A model generated the notes under the pieces. It had not been told where the DNA came from, made no database searches, and saw only the letters and a program-made list of their open reading frames with translations. From NCBI GenBank assembly GCA_051362555.1, contig CM120642.1, forward strand, positions 19,902,001 through 19,966,000: 64,000 bases of DNA, written 5' to 3'. This document shows, piece after piece, positions 62,446 to 64,000 of this stretch. The translations under genes were made by a program, and so were the position numbers. How positions within the stretch are numbered: position 1 is the stretch's first letter; each line of letters opens with the position of its first letter. This stretch comes from Lingula anatina. Taxonomy: Eukaryota > Animalia > Brachiopoda.

Positions 62446-63569
62446 TTATCTCACTTTATTTATATTATTTTCTGTGTTACTACAGTAACCATTCAGAAGC
62501 TCAGTATTGCTTGTTGATTGGCCAACATTTTTATTCCTTAGGTCCCCTTCATTGTTCAGTAGCATGTCCATACTATTATCTTTTTCACTGGAGGGAACAG
62601 TTTCAAAACTACTTCTATTCCCATCAATTTGGTTGAAGTTATCTGTCGCAACATTTTCAGACCCAGTGACTTGGGTAGTACAGTCTTTGGTACCCATGTT
62701 CTGGGCAATACAGTTCGTGGTACCTGTCATTCGTGCATTACTGTCAGTGGTGCCAATGACCTGGGCAGAACAGTCTGTGGTGACCGTGAACTTGGCGGTA
62801 CAGTCCCTGGTACCCTTGAGCTTGGCGGTATGGTCAGTGGTACCCTTGACCTGTGTGGTATAGTCTGTGACAACGGTAAAATTACCACTACAAGAGCCAG
62901 ACTCTGTATTGCACATTTCAGCAGTTCTGTCTTCTGGAATTCTTTCACCAGCATCACATAAATTAGCACCAATTTCTTCAGCGTCTTTGTCACTTATACC
63001 AGACAGCTTTGAAGCCATGCTTTTTCTTTTCACATCTGTCTGCACCTTTTTCTGGAACATTAAATTATAAAGTCTTATCAAGCATCTCAAAACACTCAAT
63101 AATAACAACACTACATCAATCAGTGCTTTAAGACTTTTGAAGTATCTTTTGTTTACTCTGGTGAACACAATTTATCTTAGTGTCTTCTCAATCTAACTTT
63201 TAAATAAATAATTTCTGTATGAGTAATATTTTAAAGCAAAAAAGACAAGTCACTTTTCACCTTTTTAAACTGCCTGTTACTGTCATGCAATTTCTGATGC
63301 TGGCATAGCTTTTGCTGAAATTAAAATAAAATATCACTTTACTGCCCCTGGAGATAAATACACTGAGTATAAAAACCATGAACATTTTACCATAGAGATG
63401 TTCTTTTTAAATATGACCTTATCCTTATTTTCTAGAAATATCCAAATCCACTATGAAAAAAGTGTTAAAAGTACATTCTGATACAGAACGCATGTAACAG
63501 TTAGTTTTGAATTTTAAAGTTACATTTGAAGCCAGTGTGAATTTGCATAAAGTCCACTTGTACAAGTTT
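62446..63569 (-). CDS. Putative 3' exons (63569-63524, 63314-63261, 63051-62446) of a C2H2 zinc-finger-like gene or pseudogene extending out of the window
   Basis: GT-AG joining gives LYKWTLCKFTLASN|QKLCQHQKLHDSNRQFKK|KKVQTD..., which has C2H2 spacing with Trp at the first Cys; the last exon is a 201-aa low-complexity tail. Confidence 0.45.
62662..62871 (-). repeat. 30-bp (10-aa) coding tandem repeat x7, consensus TTDCTAQVxG
   Basis: VTDYTTQVKG TTDHTAKLKG TRDCTAKFTV TTDCSAQVIG TTDSNARMTG TTNCIAQNMG TKDCTTQVTG. Confidence 0.85.
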
Positions 63570-64000
63570 CTTAAAAAACTCAAAAAGAGTCAACATGCCA
63601 AGGGATAAACCTAATTAATCACTCTATCAGCTATAAAATATTTTTACAACTGCACCATCTTCAAAAATTCTGGCCGTAAATTGGCCTCTTTATCTCTCCA
63701 ATCTGTAAAAATTTGCCAAATTGGCCATGTATGGTGCATTACTGCTGCTCACACAAAAGCAAAATTATTCAAATGAGTTGCCAAAAACGGCCAAGGTTAT
63801 ATGTAGCACAGAAAGAAATTTTTTTTAGGAAATATAAAATTCTGTTCTTTGGAATTTCTAAGTTATTTTATTTGAAACTATATGGTGGCATTTGGTCAGT
63901 TTTGTGGCAAATGTGCAACTTCAAATGCATCTTTAATAAGGCAAAAAACAAGTAAGCACTGAAATACTCAGGACAAAAAGCTAATTAAGTATGTTCTCAT

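Overview
AT-rich eukaryotic (invertebrate animal, mollusc/lophotrochozoan-like) DNA with spliced genes, all on the minus strand. (1) A complete 13-exon SLC13/DASS (NaDC/NaCT/Indy-like) transporter at 2102-25023 (595 aa by my exon joining). All four of its Na+/substrate-binding loops deviate from family consensus. Its 15-kb first intron holds nested transposons: an L2/CR1-group LINE, a Ngaro/DIRS relic, a Tc1 inside a 164-bp satellite, a piggyBac-type element, an RTE fragment and MITEs. (2) A head-to-tail array of four intact two-exon ~1200-aa class-B/Methuselah-like GPCR genes (28068-58935), each with a signal peptide, SMB-like and Cys-rich ectodomain and 7TM but no GPS motif. The 7TMs are near-identical, while the ectodomains have hypervariable patches and a mosaic pattern of similarity between copies. 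The relic 5' end of a lost fifth copy lies just upstream of the SLC13 gene. The spacers carry a nested Harbinger pair and a second piggyBac-type element. (3) The probable 3' end of a degenerate C2H2 zinc-finger gene with a 10-aa repeat (62446-63569). All calls are from reading the sequence by eye; no searches were run.
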